NCBI GenBank assembly: GCA_051278005.1
Contig: JBNMQK010000004.1
Location: 2,945 to 66,944, forward strand
Direction: 5' to 3'
Source of the DNA: Oleispira sp.
Lineage (GTDB): Bacteria > Pseudomonadota > Gammaproteobacteria > Pseudomonadales > Oceanobacteraceae
DNA: 64,000 nucleotides
Positions 61,703 through 64,000 of this stretch are shown piece after piece. A model generated the notes under the pieces. It had not been told where the DNA came from, searched no databases, and saw only the letters and a program-made list of their open reading frames with translations. The position numbers and the translations under genes were made by a program. The stretch's first letter is position 1. Each line of letters begins with the position of its first letter.

Positions 61703-62245
61703 TTATAAATATTGATCATAATTTTTAATTTTAGTCATTAGTCTTTTTGCAAGAAACGGACTTGCTTTGCCTAAGTTATTTAATATGAGCCGTGCTTCAC
61801 TGTGGTATTGAACAATTTTATCTTTACCCCAGTTTTTTGGTGGTGCCTGCAGGTTTGTGATGCGATCACATAACTTAACCATCCACACCTCAATGGGTTG
61901 TTTTTTTATTCTATTAATACTGTCCAGCATTTGTTCATTTTTAGACGGCAATGTTTTATCTTTGGTAAGTGATAACACACCATCGGCGATATTAATTCCA
62001 AATAGAGATTTTATATCGTTGTATTCAATTGAGGTATCCTCAATTGAATCATGGAGTAGGGCACATAAAATAAAAAGATTAGGTTGGTTTATGTTTTCAT
62101 GTGCGATCGCGGCTATTGCTTCCATCGTGACGAGGCCTAGGTGGTTAATGTAAGGTATATCACTCCCAGGGATTGTTTGTCCATTATGGATGGTAGAGAC
62201 AAAGTTCCATGCTTCTAGATATTTATCTTGATCCCAAGTATTCAC
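61703..62245 (-). CDS. stand-alone RelA/SpoT-type HD hydrolase (small alarmone hydrolase-like)
   Basis: H.GQ, PYINH, ALLHDSIEDT, V..LTKD, VKL.DRI.NL; GTG start at 62245 with AAGGG SD avoids overlap with upstream gene. Confidence 0.88.
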   Translation of the reverse strand: MNTWDQDKYLEAWNFVSTIHNGQTIPGSDIPYINHLGLVTMEAIAAIAHENINQPNLFILCALLHDSIEDTSIEYNDIKSLFGINIADGVLSLTKDKTLPSKNEQMLDSINRIKKQPIEVWMVKLCDRITNLQAPPKNWGKDKIVQYHSEARLILNNLGKASPFLAKRLMTKIKNYDQYL

Positions 62246-62306
62246 GATTTCCCTTTTTTTATAAAAAATTAATATTCTAGATCCCGCGGATATATAGCTT
62301 AAAAAG

Positions 62307-62822
62307 CTAAATGTTTCTTGAGTCATATGCCCAGTGCAAAAGGGCTTGTCGTTGCTTTTTTCGACAGCTGTAATCATAGGGTTCACAGAATTTTTTAACG
62401 GCTCCAGAATGTCGTCTAAAAGCAAACCAGCGTTTTATCTGACGCATATCTTCAACTTCTGTCCTGCGTCCCATGTAGTATCTGCAATACCATTGAAACC
62501 ATCCTCTAGGATCTTGTTGATGAATCCAGCCTTTCTTGATCCATTCCGATAATGGCTGTGAGGCATCAACTGAAAAATAGTTAAGGCTTATATCTTTCTT
62601 AAGAGGACTCAACTTAGCATGAGCAAACCAAGTTTTAGGGAACTCATCTTGACAATCATTTAGATACTTTCCACCAAAAATGCCAAGTTCTAGCATTTCC
62701 TTAGGCGTTAGTTCAGGAGAAAATTTATCATCAAAATCTTCCCCAATAGGCATTTGCAAATTATAGACATAATCTTTTTGCATTTTATCGTTTACAACAA
62801 TCTCTTTCATAACAACTCTCAT
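62307..62822 (-). CDS. hypothetical Trp/Arg-rich protein
   Basis: F.PELTPKEML.LG.FGGKY, NYF.V.ASQ.L..W..KGWI...DPRGWFQWYCRYYMGRR...D.RQI.RW, RQALLHWAYD; start may be 62810. Confidence 0.85.
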   Translation of the reverse strand: MRVVMKEIVVNDKMQKDYVYNLQMPIGEDFDDKFSPELTPKEMLELGIFGGKYLNDCQDEFPKTWFAHAKLSPLKKDISLNYFSVDASQPLSEWIKKGWIHQQDPRGWFQWYCRYYMGRRTEVEDMRQIKRWFAFRRHSGAVKKFCEPYDYSCRKKQRQALLHWAYDSRNI

Positions 62823-63296
62823 CTATATCTAGATAATAAACGCCTACTTCCCATAGCATGAACGCCTTATTATTAGATCATTTAACGTCGCAAAGAGCCA
62901 TTATTACGCTAAAGCGGTAATCACTGACGAGGTTCAATCTAATCGTATATCAGAAAATACAACATGAGGATTTTAGCGGTATTAATCGTCTATACTGCTA
63001 TCACGCTTATAACGTGTTAGTAAAAATAAGTGTCAACCTTATTTTGAGGCAAAAATTAGATCGGTATCATTATTGTATTCTTTACATATAGGTTAATCTT
63101 CAAATATTATGTGATTTATCAACAGTGAATTTTGATACCATTATTGTGCCGCTTTACACGATATTGCACTATCTGGGTACTTTAACTCTCTGAAATGTAA
63201 GCATTTCTATTTTTGATCTAGGAATTATTATCGGCCTCAGTATACTGGCTGCAAAATTCTATCCGCGTTACTCACCATCAGGGGATAAAGGCATAA

Positions 63297-64000
63297 ATGG
63301 CGAATAAAGAATATAACGCTCAGTCGATTGAGGTTTTAAGTGGCCTTGATCCTGTGCGTAAACGCCCCGGGATGTACACCGATACCACCCGTCCTAACCA
63401 TTTGGCACAAGAAGTCATCGATAACTCAGTGGATGAGGCCTTAGCCGGTCACGCTACTGAGATCACGGTGACCGTTCATGACGATGGCTCGTTAACGACT
63501 GTCGATGATGGTCGTGGTATGCCGACTGATATTCACCCTGAGCACGGGGTATCGGGTGTCGAGCTGATTTTAACTAAGCTACACGCCGGGGGTAAGTTCA
63601 GCAATGACAATTACCAGTTCTCCGGTGGTTTACACGGCGTGGGTATCTCGGTAGTGAACGCGCTATCGACCTTGTTAGAAGTTAAAATCTGGCGCGGTGG
63701 TGAAGTCAGTCGTATTGGTTTCCAAAATGGCGATAAAGCGTTGGAATTGGAAGTGATTGATACCTGCGGTAAAAAACGTTCGGGTACCAGTGTGCGCTTT
63801 AAGCCAGACCCTAAGTATTTTGATAGCCCTAAGTTTTCGATCCCGCGCCTTAAGCACAATCTACGTGCGAAAGCGGTTTTGTGCCCCGGTTTAAAAATCA
63901 CTTTTAAAACACCGAACGCTGAAGATAATGCCGAATGGTATTACGAAGATGGTTTAACCGACTATTTAAAAATCCACGGTGCGGGTTTAGATGTTTTACC
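63297..64000 (+). CDS. parE: DNA topoisomerase IV subunit B, runs off the window
   Basis: Manual translation MANKEYNAQSIEVLSGLDPVRKRPGMYTDTTRPNHLAQEVIDNSVDE...DDGRGMP...GGLHGVG.SVVNALS; synteny with yqiA. Confidence 0.96.
   Translation, partial: MANKEYNAQSIEVLSGLDPVRKRPGMYTDTTRPNHLAQEVIDNSVDEALAGHATEITVTVHDDGSLTTVDDGRGMPTDIHPEHGVSGVELILTKLHAGGKFSNDNYQFSGGLHGVGISVVNALSTLLEVKIWRGGEVSRIGFQNGDKALELEVIDTCGKKRSGTSVRFKPDPKYFDSPKFSIPRLKHNLRAKAVLCPGLKITFKTPNAEDNAEWYYEDGLTDYLKIHGAGLDVL

Noticed and set aside
62246-62425. N-terminal extension of the HD protein given in the ORF track
   Set aside because: Overlaps the upstream gene; GTG at 62245 has an SD and matches the domain start
63002-63045. Short hairpins with TAAC/GTTA as a possible integron attC site
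   Set aside because: No proper RYYYAAC...GTTRRRY pairing or L boxes, and no integrase

Overview
A mostly core-genome chromosomal segment of a moderately AT-rich gammaproteobacterium. Gene order closely follows Pseudomonas; an Oceanospirillales/Oleispira-like marine organism is an inference from synteny and composition, not a database result. Main blocks: ydbH-ynbE-ydbL, rpiA/ilvA, pgi-panDCB-folK-pcnB, cbrX-cbrA-cbrB, gluQ-dksA-sfsA, psd-rhdA-motAB-rsgA-orn, argA/argE, hldD/hldE/waaA, a desC-desB-like desaturase operon, tolC-nudF-yqiB-cpdA-yqiA and the start of parE. The most notable element is the 1.3-kb ORF-less gap between cbrB and pcnB. It appears to hold two tandem CrcZ-like sRNA genes, each with a sigma54 promoter, an identically spaced IHF site, TGTTAC/GTAAC activator sites and AANAANAA tracts, mostly in hairpin loops. 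With an unlisted 58-aa CbrX ORF, this suggests an Hfq/Crc-type catabolite-repression circuit. Other items: MCP and glutaminase pseudogenes, a 154-bp palindromic element with GGA motifs, a DesT/FabR-type operator, and a 4.8-kb insert before parE carrying a 7TMR-DISM EAL protein, a small alarmone hydrolase-like HD protein and an unknown Trp/Arg-rich protein. I saw no rRNA, tRNA, CRISPR array, transposase or prophage.
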